In this document: positions 1 to 12,000 of the stretch, piece by piece | How the letters are laid out: the number at the start of each line of letters is the position of its first letter | Position numbering within the stretch: position 1 is the stretch's first letter | NCBI GenBank assembly: GCA_964234715.1 | Contig: OZ174275.1 | Source: Podarcis melisellensis | Taxonomy: Eukaryota | DNA: 64,000 bases | Strand: one strand, 5' to 3' | Notes under the pieces: generated by a model | What the model was told of the DNA's origin: nothing | The model's input: only the letters and a program-made list of their open reading frames with translations | Database searches by the model: none | Made by a program: the position numbers and the translations under genes

Positions 1-1095
1 AACCTGAAACCTTCCTCCTAGGTATAATGTCCCCAGAAATTAAAAAAAGATGTTAGACCACTTTTTATGTACATGACAGTAGCAGCCAGGATCTTAATTG
101 CAAGAAACTGGAAAAGTGATAAAACACCTACAATAAATGAGTGGCAGGTCCAAATGATAGAATATCTGCAGTTGGCCATGATGACAGGGAGAGTCAGAGG
201 TTAACCAAAACAGAAAGTACAGAAAGAATGGAAAATATTAAAGAATATCTAGAAAGCTATTGTAATAATAAACATCTCCTGGCAGAATTAGAATGATTCT
301 TGTAAAATAATAAACATAATGTTTTTGGTATCTGATAAAAAGAAAAAAGGTAATACAGTAATTTGGAACTGTGTGTGACAGAACAATAGAAATAATAATA
401 AGGTAAAGGTAAAGGTACCCCGGCCCATACGGGCCAGTCGTGTCCGACTCTAGGGTTGTGCGTCCATCTCACTTTAGAGGCCGGGGGCCAGCGCTGTCCA
501 AAGACACTTCCGGGTCACGTGGCCAGTGTGACGAAGCTGCTCTGGCGAGCCAGCACCAGCGCAGCACACGGAAACGCCGTTTACCTTCCTGCTATAAAGC
601 GGTACCTATTTATCTACTTGCACTTAGGGGTGCTTTCGAACTGCTAGGTGGGCAGGAGCTGGGACCGAACGACGGGAGCTCACCCCGCCGCGGGGATTCG
701 AACCGCCGACCATGCGATCGGCAAGCCCTAGGCACTGAGGTTTTACCCACAGCGCCACCCGCGAAATAATAATACAATGAGTCTAATAGGAAGTTAAATG
801 TGTTTATTCTTTCTGTAATTTTTTTTATTAATGATTTTTCCTTCTTTTTCTCCCCCTCTCCCCTTTTTCCTTCTTTGGTTTTCTTTCTTTCTTCTCGCTT
901 TCTTCTTTTGGTCTCCTTTCTGATTTGCTAAGAAAGAGATAAAGCTAAATATGAAAAGTTGACTAACTCAAAGTGATGTTTTGTAGATTGTTAACTATTG
1001 TTAAAGATGGTCAACTGTAATGAATTGATGTATTAGTTATTATTGATTTATTGTTATTGCCGAATCTTAATTTATTTTGGATCGTGGAAAAAAAT
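1..1095 (+). mobile_element. Decayed L1/Tx1-like LINE 3' end (ORF2 C-terminus plus 3'UTR), interrupted by a Sauria SINE
   Basis: From nt 3: PETFLLGIMSPEIKK, then a +1 frameshift in the A7 run, then DVRPLFMYMTVAARILIARNWKSDKTPTINEWQVQMIEYLQLAMMTGRVRG*...KEWK. This resembles squamate L1 ORF2 ends. An AT-rich tail follows; the right boundary is approximate. Confidence 0.7.
401..762 (-). mobile_element. Sauria SINE, near full length, with 12-bp TSD
   Basis: tRNA-like head (CGCGGGTGGCGCTGTGG...GGTTCGAATCCCC on the minus strand), (ACCTTT)n tail, perfect TSD GAAATAATAATA at 389-400 and 763-774. Confidence 0.9.
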
Positions 1096-1101
1096 ATTAT
1101 G

Positions 1102-1141
1102 ACATAAGATTTAATGGATTGCAGCCCACTTCATCAGATGC
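1102..1141 (-). pseudogene. Degenerate Penelope-type hammerhead ribozyme relic
   Basis: Minus strand GCAU-CUGAUGA-A-GUGGGCUGCAAUCCAU-UAAA-UCUU-AUGU. Same layout as the 58 kb motif, but GAAA is changed to UAAA and GCUU to UCUU. Confidence 0.55.
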
Positions 1142-1179
1142 ATGAAGTGCTATTCCTAGTTGCAGATAGGTGCCTTGAT

Positions 1180-1452
1180 GGGAGCCAGAATAGTGTAGTG
1201 GTTAAGAGCTGTGGACTCGTAATCTGGTGAACCGGGTTCACTTCCCCACTCCTCCACATGCAGCTGTTGGGTGACCTTGGGCTAGTCACACTTCTCTGAA
1301 GTCTCTCAGCCCCACTCACCTCACAGAGTGTTTGTTGTGGGGGAGGAAGGGAAAAGAGAATGTTAGCCGCTTTGAGACTCCTTAGGGTAGTGATAAAGCG
1401 GGATATCAAATCCAAACTCCTCCTCCTCCTCCTCCTCCTCCTCCTCTTCTTC
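1180..1452 (+). mobile_element. tRNA-derived MIR/CORE-like squamate SINE with (CTC)n tail
   Basis: A box TAGTGTAGTGG, B-box-like GGGTTCACTTCCC, CORE-like GGGTGACCTTGGGCTAGTCAC, L2-like tail ending in a (CTC)n microsatellite at 1417-1452. Confidence 0.8.
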
Positions 1453-2954
1453 TAAATATGTGTGGGGAAGAATTGTTCTACCAAACCTCTGTGGTGTTTA
1501 ATTTGTTATGCCAATTTCATAAAGGCAGCTCATCACTTGATGTTGAAGTCATCCAATAAGGAATCTGCATTTGCCAAGTCAGATCCAGATATTGTCCAAA
1601 CCATATCTTGGTCAACGCTAGAGGAGAACATTCAGTAATACTATAGTGCTCCATTCACTGGCATTCATCCTCAGCTTTTGTCAGCCAAGATGTGTACAAA
1701 GGCAATTACAGGAAAGGCCATATGGAAAACTGACCTTTAAAGCTGCAGGGGAAAGTGAGTGTGGTTCAACCATTCTTGTATTTTTTCCTTCATGCCTCCA
1801 CCATTCTCTCACTCACACAGACACAAACACACAATTATGAGCAGAGAACAACTACAGCTGCACAGGGAAGATGATGGAATCGTTTTATGAAGAAATCTCA
1901 GTCTCATTTGTGGGAATGGTAGGGGGGGAAATAAGGGGTTTGATTATTATTCTGTCAGGGTAACTCAACAAAACACCTGCATGACACTAGAACCTATTAC
2001 ATTACCTAAAAATGAGGTAGAATGCCATATACTATACATAATCTTAACAAAGTGTCCCAGCTTCCTCCTTGCATGCAGTATCCTGTGATCTGAGCCACAG
2101 ATAAAGAAAAATGATTGCAGCAAAGAGTGGAATTCATGCAGGAACAGAGTGGTTTCCTGCTGTAACATTCAGTGATTAATAACATGCAAACCTTCCCAGC
2201 ACAGCATCATGTTCTCAATTCAGCATAGACAGCACAGCACATGGTTTAAAGACAAAAAGGCACTTTATCCTGTCTGTTGGACACCCTATTAAAAAAGGGC
2301 AACCTGCAGCTTTCCAGTGGCCTCTTTTTTTCTTTTTTAAAAAGTACAATTCAGGAGTTCTGCCTTTCAAGAGCAGGGCATTGTTCCTTAATACACTGCC
2401 TTGCAATGTCAATGAACAATCGAACACTCTGAGTGAATTACAGGAATTTTGAGCAAGAAGCACTTTGAACACAATGTAATCAAGATCTCTGTGTTACCAA
2501 ACTCACTGAAATTGGGAGGTATTTCTTACACGTTATAAGACTGTACAGCAGTGCAGCTGCAATTTGTCTTCTCAGGTCTCGCTCTAAGCAGCCTAATTCT
2601 TTAACTTGTATAATCAATTTCAACCACTTTCTCCAAAGTAGCCCATGACCTTTGCAGCAGTGACCTTTGTATCACCAGAACAGTCTCAGGTGCTATACAT
2701 CTATTCTAGCCAGAACAAAGATCATGCTTTACTGTTTTGGTGCCAGTTCACAAACTCAGATTTCCATAGTACCAGTACAATAAAAAAAAGTATTCATTAT
2801 CCCTGAACTAGGGCATCTCCCAAAATCAGAACAGTTGAGTGATTAACAGGTGATAGTCTCATAGATGCTTTATTTCGAAACTGTGGTGCGCAGTAAATAT
2901 ACTCAAATAAATAATTCCCTGAAATTTACTTCCACACAACACATTGGCCCAGGA

Positions 2955-3089
2955 CATGGGCATAACCAGGATTTTTTTTGGGGGGCAGGTTTTTATTGGG
3001 GGACAGAACCTCAGATTTGCATTGATTTTTGTTGATTTTTATTATTTAGGGGGGCAGTTGCCCCTCAGTCCCCCCTGACTTTGCCCATG
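2955..3089. mobile_element. hAT-like MITE (TIR CATGGGC...GCCCATG)
   Basis: Terminal inverted repeats; 8-bp TSD GCCCAGGA/GCCAAGGA; sister copy at 33346. Confidence 0.7.
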
Positions 3090-3263
3090 GCCAAGGACAG
3101 TCTTTGATGTCTAAAATGAAAGATTCTGAGGCTTAAGTCAATTCTTTCTTTCAATTATCTCAGACGATCAAGTTTTCTTTCACATCAACACTGTGAGATA
3201 GGTTAGAATGAGTGATAGCAATGGCCACAGTATTCCAGTGAGTTTCACGACTGAATACATTTG

Positions 3264-4039
3264 TGTAGCGAGGCCCCGGGCCCCGCAGTCCCCTCCGAAA
3301 TAAATACACAAACACAAGTATATCGGGTTAATGGGATAAATAAGGCCACAACTTTATTGGTTACAGATGTGAGCAGTTTGGCTAAGGCAATTGGGTGAAG
3401 CAAGACTATATTCTGACTCCCGCCTGTCTGCAGGAAGTCTCATAAGGGTCAACCACTGGAAGGAGGAGCCCTATGATATACATCAATTAAGAGCATCCCC
3501 CAGAGTCATCAATGGGGTCACCCTAGCCCAGGCCCAGGCCTTGGACAGGAACCACACCCAGGATCTCTTTAATGGGATACCCTTAACGAGGAGGGGCAGG
3601 CGGAGGCAACAACCTCCCCTCCCATAATGAGGCTTACCCAATGCCTAACCTTACAAAGTTGTGACGATTGCTACTAGGTAGGTGAAAACCAAATGGCTAG
3701 TGCCAATTTTGCCAAGTGGAAAAATTCCTACCCGGCCCCAACAACCAGGCAACCGACACAGCACGGCCAAAGTCAATCCACACAACAAAGGAGGGTGGGC
3801 GGGCTGGGAGATCTGAAGAATGGAGGCAAAAGGAGGCTGCTTCCCTGGCCACACCACAATTTAAACAGTCATAGCCACACCTCCAGGCAAACCTGATTGG
3901 CTGGCCGGGGGGCGTGACACGGCTGGGCATCCTCCTGACGTGGGCTGCATTCCTCCACCCACTGCCAAGTGGCTGAAAGGACCCGAATTCCCACCCGCAA
4001 AGCAGCCCCCCCAAAGGGGGAGCTGACTTCCCTGCTTCA
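3264..4039 (-). mobile_element. Solo LTR-like element
   Basis: TG...CA ends and CpG-rich. The minus strand shows CCAAT (3896-3900), TTTAAA (3860-3865) and AATAAA (3353-3358) in U3-R-U5 order. No clear TSD, so the right end is approximate. Confidence 0.55.
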
Positions 4040-4837
4040 AGAACAGCAGTCTGTGGCAGCCACTTCATACTGGTTCTTGCAATTAACATCCTGAGTGACC
4101 TGGTGACCCAATAACCTTTCCTCTGTTGCCTAATACATAGATTTCAGTTTATTCAGTGGTGAAAGGCACTCTGCATATGCCAGAAGCCATCCATTATTAG
4201 GATTGCTTAAAATTACCAATGGTTGCAATCTAACATATAAAACAGGCCCTGGAGCTAAATTCAGATGAGACCTGGCTCTTAAGAGCCTGTAAAACACACT
4301 CACTGTTGAAATACTGTCTTGTCTTAAAAGCAACTCATCAGGTTTAGATCTTTGATCAGCTAGACACGTTCCCTTAATCCTCTGATATTACAGTATATTG
4401 CTCCAATGCCAAACCCCAGCAGACTTTCTCAGACTACCACATCCAAATCCTTTTTGTTGGTTTTTTAATACTAAAAAGGCACAATTGATCCCCTCTCACT
4501 GAGAGCTGGCCCAATATATTTTGCTGACTGAGGTAAAGCAGCACATGATATCCCATACTTTCCAAAACACCCAAGGCTGGCCAAGTTTTTTTCAGCACCT
4601 GAGGCAAAAAAATAAAAAATCCCATAAACATTTCTTTCCCACACCCTGCTTATAACAGAAATGCAAAAACAACAAATAGGCTTTAAAGAAACCTGCTGAC
4701 TTGGTGCCCTTTAATAACACACAAAATCACCTGCTGAGGCAGTGCCTTGTCTGGTCTGAAAAGAGGCAAACTAGTGGTCAAGCTGGAGGTAAGACTCACT
4801 GAGTATAGAGTTCTAGGGCTCTGATGTTGCTTTAGAG

Positions 4838-4973
4838 CAGGCTTCCTCAACCTCGGCCCTCCAGATGTTTTGAGACTACAATTCCCATCATCCCTGACCA
4901 CTGGTCCTGCTAGCTAGGGATCATGGGAGTTGTAGGCCAAAAACATCTGGAGGGCCAAGGTTGAGGAAGCTTG
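4838..4973. mobile_element. 136-bp palindromic hAT-like MITE
   Basis: The whole element folds back on itself (CAGGCTTCCTCAACC...GGTTGAGGAAGCTTG); perfect 8-bp TSD CTTTAGAG at 4830-4837 and 4974-4981. Confidence 0.9.
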
Positions 4974-5604
4974 CTTTAGAGCTCTGGAGACTTGAGTCTT
5001 GTGTAGTAAAAGCAGCTAAATCTCAACTGTTAGCCTCACTTTCTCTAGAAGATGCCTTTTTAATTAAAGAGGCCCAGCCCACTCAAGTAGTTTCCTATTG
5101 TGTCAAAGCCTCTGAATTCACTGGGTCTTAGAGTCCCCCAAGTCTGAGGATGGCAGCGCCATATCCTTGGGTTTCAGGGATGCTGGTCTCTGGATAAAAC
5201 AGTTCTAGCTGATCTTATGGAAATGCAGTATTTTAATGATCTTGTGACCAAATAAATCCAATTCAAAACCTGACCTCAGATAGACAATTGCTGCACATGG
5301 AAGTTCTACTTTTGACAATTTGCTTTTACTGGAATGGATGTTCATTTCTCCTTTGGTCATATAGTCATAATACTTATTAGGATTCCTTTGTATTCAAATG
5401 ATATATTGTCTATTTTTTATGCCCTTTATGAATAAATGTGTTGAGGTGTGCGTAAGTGTTGGTTTTTTGTGTGTATGTATGTGTATGTACGCAAACATGC
5501 ATTGTGGGGATGGGGTACCAAACTGAGTCAGTCCTGAGTTAGGCTTCAGATAAACTCATTATTCACTGCATTATTCACTTGTCTTTTTATATCTTGAAGT
5601 TCAA

Positions 5605-5660
5605 GGGTTCCCTGCTGGTCTCCCATCCAGGCACTGACCTGCTTATCTTCAGCCAAGGCT
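5605..5660 (-). mobile_element. 5S rRNA-derived SINE head fragment
   Basis: Minus strand GAAGATAAGCAGGTCAGTGCCTGGATGGGAGACCAGCAGGGAACCC resembles the 5S box A/IE/box C (AAGCTAAGCAGGGTC...TGGATGGGAGACC) with a deletion. Confidence 0.6.
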
Positions 5661-5679
5661 GCTGCTATATCATGGACTG

Positions 5680-5900
5680 TGCTATGAAACTGAACAGCAG
5701 CAAATTCAGCACAGAGAAAATAAAATACAGTGCCTAATTAATCTATATAATTCCTTGCAATAAGATGTGATGGCTAATATGTTAGATGACATTAAACAGG
5801 ATTAGACAAATTAATGGAAGGAACTGTTTTATTGGCTGTTAGTCATGGCACTATGTTCCAAACCATGTACAGAGACAGTGTGCTCCTAATCCTAGTTGCT
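5680..5900 (+). mobile_element. CR1 LINE 3' fragment
   Basis: Degenerate MKLNSSKFSTEK...INL.NSL...GLDKLME-like CR1 ORF2 C-terminus. Confidence 0.55.
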
Positions 5901-7979
5901 AGGGCATTCTTGTGCAGTTGTATAGTGTTTGTTATTTATTTTATTATATTTATTGGATGCGTTTCCACCCTGGGACCATATGATGAAGGTTAGGCTGCAC
6001 ATGATGAATAGAAATAGGAAGCAATGGCAGAGAAGGCTGTTGCCTTAAAACCAGGGATTATGAACCCATGTGTCTTGAGTCCTACAAAAGCATCACGGAG
6101 AGGTTGGTCAGAGCCAGAGGAGTAGGAGAAACTTGAAGAGATTGTGTTGGAAGATCCTGGGTAGGGACTCAGTGGGTCGCAGGTTACCTGAGCCTCAAGA
6201 GGTATCTGATCCCAGGGAGAGACCCAGTGGCCAGGTGTGGGTGTGTGGAGAAGTAGATATTGCTGAAGGCTCAAGTGGGCTACCGGAAAATTAATACACT
6301 CCTGTCCCTCCTGGTCTACTGCCTTCTGTTGAACAGCCGCCTTTGGCACCTCCTCCTGCCAGTGCTGGCACAAGCAAACTTCACAGAACTACATCTCCTT
6401 TGAAAGACCGCTTGTTTACTTGCTGAATTTCAGGCTCCAGCAGTAAAGCTGTGTCTCCCCACTATTCAAAAGGAAGGTGCAGGAAGCATGTCACTTGTTG
6501 GACCAACATTCCATGCCTTTAGCCTCTTGTGACTCTGCTTAGCTCTGTAACCTGCCTTTTATACTAATCTGATCTACATATTAAAGCCTTTGGCATAAAC
6601 TGAGTTGTGTGTTCAAGTTATTTGTTGGATGGGAAGGGCCAGGATGCCATGGTGTGGTCTCTTAGTTTCTGTTGGACTCCAACACTCTCCAACCCCAACG
6701 GTCAAGGGTGATGGGAATTGTCATTCAGCAACGTCTCAAAGCCCTGATTATGAGCATCCTGTTGGACACTGTGGGAAATACCATGCATATGCACCAGGAA
6801 ACAAGTCATGTGATCCGGTTCCTAAGATCTTATTTCATCCATTATTCTTTGGATCCTGTACACACTAGTGTTGAAGAACGAAAACTGAAGAGAGGACCAA
6901 AGGGCAAGAAACAGAACATGGGACGGGAAACCCACATTAATTAGTGGAAGCAATAACATTTTTGCCAGTCATCCATATTTCCTGCGGGATGTAGCTGCAT
7001 TGGTTCAAAGTCACTAATGTTACATTTGTTTCATTTGTTATCAGTTAAGTGTGTTCAGCTCTTATAAAAGCTTCAGTCACCTGACTTGGTGTCCATCCAT
7101 CATTCCCTTATATGTTTTTTATTTCCTTTCTGTAATAATGTCTGAAGTATTTTGTAAAATTAACTCATTCTCACCATAGTTTTCAGAGAATGAAGCAATT
7201 ATTATCATTATTATTAGTATGATGATGATGCCACACAGCAGATATAAAAACAAAGTAATTTCGTCAATGTACTATGCTGATTAACAGCAGAGCAAGCCTT
7301 TTACTCAACATTTACTCCCCGCGCTAGATCCCTGTACATCACTTCCTAAGTTTTATTATTATTACTGAGCAGGGCTTTCCTTTCATAAAGTTGCCCTGAC
7401 TCACATGTAAACCTTCTGCCCTGCAGTTCTTGCCAACTATTAATGGTTTTAATTTCCTGTATGTTTCAGCCTCCCCCAGTTCCTTGGAGATTATGATAAA
7501 TCTTTGCAAAATCCACCCTCCTTCTCCCCACCCTGTTGGCCGCCATCCTATACCTAGCATACTCGCTTTTCCCCAACTGCCATTCATTCTGTATCTGGAT
7601 TATATAATTAAAAATTGGCATATATATATGAAAAATGGGATCAGATGTCACTATACTTTTCTTAAGGTTTTATTCTCCAAGATTGTTCACAGATGTTCTT
7701 TCACCATTTAGGTACAAGAGGCCTCCACTATACCTCCTGTGACCCCATAAGCAGAAAAAAGTCAACATACCTACAAAGACAATGCTCAGATTGCAAAGGC
7801 ACATATTTTCCTGGAGGCCTCTTCTACTCTCCAAGGGAATAATTACTTGGGAATAAGCCCCTTGGAACTCAGTAGAAATGCCCCTCCCCCCCAAGCATGG
7901 GTTTTCACTGTCCAATGTTAGAGGCTGGTTTAAAGTCTGTCATTTGGATAAGGACTTCCAACCCAGATCTGAGAACCCA

Positions 7980-8245
7980 AGAGGAGCCCTGCTGGAACAG
8001 ACTAAAGGTTCATCTCGTCCAGCATCCTGTGACCCACAATGGTCATACAGTTGCTTACAGGAACTCCATAAGCAGAACAAGAAGGCATGAGCCATCTCCC
8101 ACTGCTTTCCCCCAACAAGTGGTATTCAGTGGCACAAGTCATCCGACCCTGGAGGCAACATTCTGACTAGTAGCTGCTGATACCCTTTTCCTCCATGAAT
8201 TTGGCTAATTCCCTGAAAAGCTGTTCAAATTGGTGGCCCTTACCA
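7980..8245 (-). mobile_element. CR1 LINE 3' end
   Basis: GAGCCCTGCTGGAACAGACTAAAGGTTCATCTCGTCCAGCATCCTG is the reverse complement of a reptile CR1 3' terminus; CCTCCATGAATTTGGCTAATTCC corresponds to the ORF2 end. Confidence 0.65.
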
Positions 8246-8400
8246 TATTTATTTATTACATTCAAATTCCAAGTTTCCTCTAAAAACGATCAAGATGGCA
8301 TACCTGGCTCTCCCCATCTCCATTTTATCCTCCCAGCAGCCCTGTGAGGTAGGTTCAGCTGGGAGATAATGACAGGCCCAAAGTTACCCAGTGGCTGAAT
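8246..8400 (-). mobile_element. MIR-like SINE fragment
   Basis: CCATTTTATCCTCCCAGCAGCCCTGTGAGGTAGG...GGCCCAAAGTTACCCAG is a CORE-like sequence in reverse orientation. Confidence 0.55.
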
Positions 8401-8540
8401 GCTCCCATAGCTCTGTTGGTAGAGCAGGAGACTCTTCATCCCAGGGTTGTGGGTTCAAGCTCCACAGTAGGCAAAAGATTTCTGCATTGCAGGGGGTTGG
8501 ACTAGGTGCCCCTCGTGCCCCTTCCAACTCTACAAGTCTC
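8401..8540 (+). mobile_element. tRNA(Lys)-like-headed SINE with CR1-like 3' tail
   Basis: Head TAGCTCTGTTGGTAGAGCAGGAGACTCTT...GGGTTCAAGCTCCAC; tail CTGCATTGCAGGGGGTTGGACTAG...CCTTCCAACTCTA. Confidence 0.75.
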
Positions 8541-9434
8541 TCTCTATCATCCTTCAACAAGTTCTCTTTCTCAGTTACTTTATATTCTTCAAACCATACT
8601 TCTGCAGTCTCATAGCTACCGGTAAATCCTGCCCTTCACGCCACCTACCTTTGTCATATCTGACTGATTTAAAGGTCTCAGGGCAGGGGCGCCATGTCAC
8701 TTCTCTGCTTTGTACATTGTGCTCCTCCACCCCAGTGAACAATAGGGTCCTAATTCATCTTCCCTGATGGACAGTCACTATTCGGAGCTCACCCACCTGC
8801 CTGTGTGGAGACTGAAAGGCTCACTTTGTGCAGTTTATATTTGTCCAGAGAAATAAAAAACAGTAGCGAGGATTTGGAGCTGGCTGGCAGAAAAATTGAA
8901 GCCCCAGAGATGCTGATGTTGCTTTGACACAAATGCGGCTTTGTACCTGCTTTCTTGCCACCTGCTCAATTCTCAGTTGTACATTTGTACAGAAACAGGT
9001 ATTACAAAACGCTATCCGTCTCCAGAGCTCTCTCATTTGAAGGAAATTGACCCTGCAGAGCTGCCCTGGAAATCTCCACTGCTCAGAAAACAGGGAACAC
9101 TATTAAGTAAGACTGAGCAGCTAAACATGATTGCCCAGTTAAGAACATGGGTGGACATGTGGCCTGCCCACAAACCCCACATATGCACCCACTTTGGGCT
9201 CTTTCCTTCTCAGTTGGGAATTCTTTCCTTCCTGCAGTAAGCATAAATGCAACACATCTTTTCATTAATTTCACATAAATTTGCTAGTGTTTGGCAATTT
9301 TAACCTCGTCCAGTTTAATTAACCCATGATTGGTAGTTTTCATTATTGTGAGACTGTGCCATCTCTTGGCATTCCTTACAAAATACCAGTTTCCCTTAAA
9401 GTAACCATGTATATAAACTTGTCCCTGGCTATAT

Positions 9435-9578
9435 CAATGTGGGCAGGAGCCTGTTGCTCTACAGATATTGCTGGACTACAGCTCCCATCATTCTTGGCCA
9501 TTGGCCATGCTGGTTGGGACTGATAGAAGTTGAAGTCCAACCAACCACATTTGTGGGGCCACAGTTTCTGCACCCCTG
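9435..9578. mobile_element. Degenerate palindromic hAT-like MITE (same group as 4838)
   Basis: Fold-back GGACTACAGCTCCCATCA...TGATAGAAGTTGAAGTCC. Confidence 0.6.
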
Positions 9579-10935
9579 GTATAGACAAAGGTGCATGTAA
9601 ACTTCTACAACCACAGCACTGTTCACTGGCAACCTCTGTTTCAGAAGGCTGAACATTTGCTGCACACTCATGCATTTTTAAGCACTGCCAATTACCCTTT
9701 GTCCATAGATAAATTGAGAATGTATACAGGCCCCTCCATTGCTTTGTATTTATTTTTATTTTTTTAAATACAGCTCTCCACTTGAAGCATTTATTTTGTT
9801 AAAGTAGCTTGCTTTATCTCTGTCACACATGGAGCAATTGAACTCATTCCAATGACCCACTTGGTTACATCTGCACTCCATTCTGTTGCTCTGTAAGAGT
9901 TCTGCTGGCCTGTGTTTTATTAGTGTCTCAGGGTTATTCCCAGTTTATATCTCCCAGAACACTATGCCTACACATACTAGCTTCATTTCTTGTCTTCGTC
10001 ACTTAGCTGTCCCTCCTCCTCTTTTTTCAATTGAAGGCCATGCACTCAGTGGTGTAGACATGATACGCATGGTAAGTTTCCAAAGAGGCCTCAGCATGTG
10101 AATGTGCACACAAAACCCTACACACACAGGTACTGTACAATTAAATAAGTAAAATTGGAAGAGCATGGGATAATAATGTTTTTCAGCACGTTTATATTCA
10201 CAGAAAAGTCTGATAACTCCAGAGTCATTTGGAAGTGGTCCATGAAACATTCTGCCCTTGTTCCATGCACCGTGGATTCTGGTGCTAGAAGAGCACAGGC
10301 AGGAGCTACTAAAAATCCCTTATTGTATAGCAATGGGTTTTCAAGACAGAGCAAACTTGGACTCCCCAGGCAAGCCAGACGGCACTGTCCAGGGCTGACC
10401 AAAACCATAATATGGGCTTGGAATCAGCATGCGCACCACTCAAAATGAATGAGTGGTAGGTGGCAGTTCGGTCCAAAGAACAGAGAAGGATAGATTCAAA
10501 GGATGCTTAGACACAAAACTAGGCACCTGGAGGATGCGGGGGCTGCTGTTGCTTTCTGTGTGCCCTCTTTCCTGGACTGTGCAGATAAAGTTGTGGGTAG
10601 GTTGGAAATGACAAGAGAGGATGGTAGTGATTCTGGAAGACTCCCCAGACGCTCCTTGAATCTGCATGAAAGGAAGGACACAGCAACAGTGGAGAAACAT
10701 CTCTGGGACCTAGAAAGGTAGACAATGGATGGAATTTGAGAGATTTATTGACCAAGGACAGGCTGTAGAGCAGGAAAAGTGAATCAGAAAAAACTACACG
10801 CACACAAATGAGAGGCTTTAGTTATGGATTATTATGCTACAGCAAATAGGCCAGTTTATGGTACTGGGGTGAGAAGGGGCTCTAAGGATTGTGTGGACCT
10901 CAAAAAACACATTTGTGGCACTGGGGACTCGGCTA

Positions 10936-11295
10936 AAGGTAAAGGTACCCCTGACCATTAGGTCCAGTCGTGGATGACTCTGGGGTTGCGGCGCTCATCT
11001 CACTCTATAGGCCAAGGGAACCAGTGTTTGTCCGCAGACAGCTTCCGGGTCATGTGGCCAGCATGACTAAGCCGCTTCTGGCGAACCAGAGCAGTGCATG
11101 GAAACGCTGTTTACCTTCCCGCCGGAGCAGTATCTATTTATCTATTTGCACTTTGACGTGTTTTCGAACTGCTAGGTTGGCAGGAGCAACGACCGAGCAA
11201 CAGGAGGTCACCCCGTCACGGGGATTCAAACCGCCGACCTTCCAATTGGCAAGCCCTAGGCTCTGTGGTTTAGACCACAGCGCCACCCGCGTCCC
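10936..11295 (-). mobile_element. Sauria SINE, full length, with 14-bp TSD
   Basis: Starts GGGACGCGGGTGGCGCTGTGG on the minus strand with an (ACCTTT)n tail. TSD TGGGGACTCGGCTA (10922-10935) / TGGGGACTCAGCTA (11296-11309), with one CpG-type mismatch. Confidence 0.92.
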
Positions 11296-11571
11296 TGGGG
11301 ACTCAGCTATACAGCTGCAAATAAAACTTTTTGTGTTTTAAGTGCAATAAACAATGTGACTCTAGATGGCGATAGTGAGACTTATGGGAAATTCAATGTA
11401 TTTTAAAAAATGTTTTTTAAAAAGCATTTTCAGAACGGTTTTTATATGGGTGTAGATTCCACCTGGGACTCTGCTGAAGATGATGATCTCTATGTGTATG
11501 TGCAGTGCATGAGTTTTGGTTTCATGGAGAGCTGTGTAAGCTCCAGGAAAGACCATCATAATAAGCAAGAC

Positions 11572-12000
11572 TGTCATGAGCTGGCAGGATACTGGTGAAG
11601 AGGAAGGGTGTGGCTACAACTGGTACATACCAGGACAAGCTGAAGATGGGGAAGGGGAGGTTGGGGACTTAGGAAGGATTCAAGGGACATCAGAGGATGT
11701 TGAAGGGGCAGCTGCCAGTTCACAGGAGCCAGGGGGAGTGCCCACATCACCAGAACCAAAGGTGCCCCCGTCACCATGAAAAAGGCGGGCTCCAAGGCAT
11801 TGAGAATAGTGGGAAGTGCACTTTAAGAGACTGAGGCAGGCAAGACACCACAGCCCAGCTTACTAGGCGATCAGCTCAGAGAGGTCCTGAGGCTGAAGCG
11901 GAGGCTGGGGAGGAAGGGGGCCAGGAGGCAGAGGCCCTTCTCTCCTCTCAACAGCCTCATTGGGGCAAGACCTACTGGGAATAATTGCTGTGATCACTAG
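11572..12000 (+). mobile_element. Possible Gypsy-type LTR relic
   Basis: Starts TGTCATGAG and has a purine-rich GAG/GGA body like squamate LTRs; the right end is not resolved. Confidence 0.3.

Noticed and set aside
440-769. ORFs at 440-769 and 10970-11341 with similar peptides (LPGHVAS.TK.L)
   Set aside because: Both are translations of Sauria SINE copies, not paralogous genes.
5605-5660. 5S rRNA gene
   Set aside because: Only a partial, deleted internal control region is present, so it is SINE-derived.
8401-8475. tRNA-Lys-like sequence as a real tRNA gene
   Set aside because: Mismatched stems and a direct fusion to a CR1-like tail show it is a SINE head.
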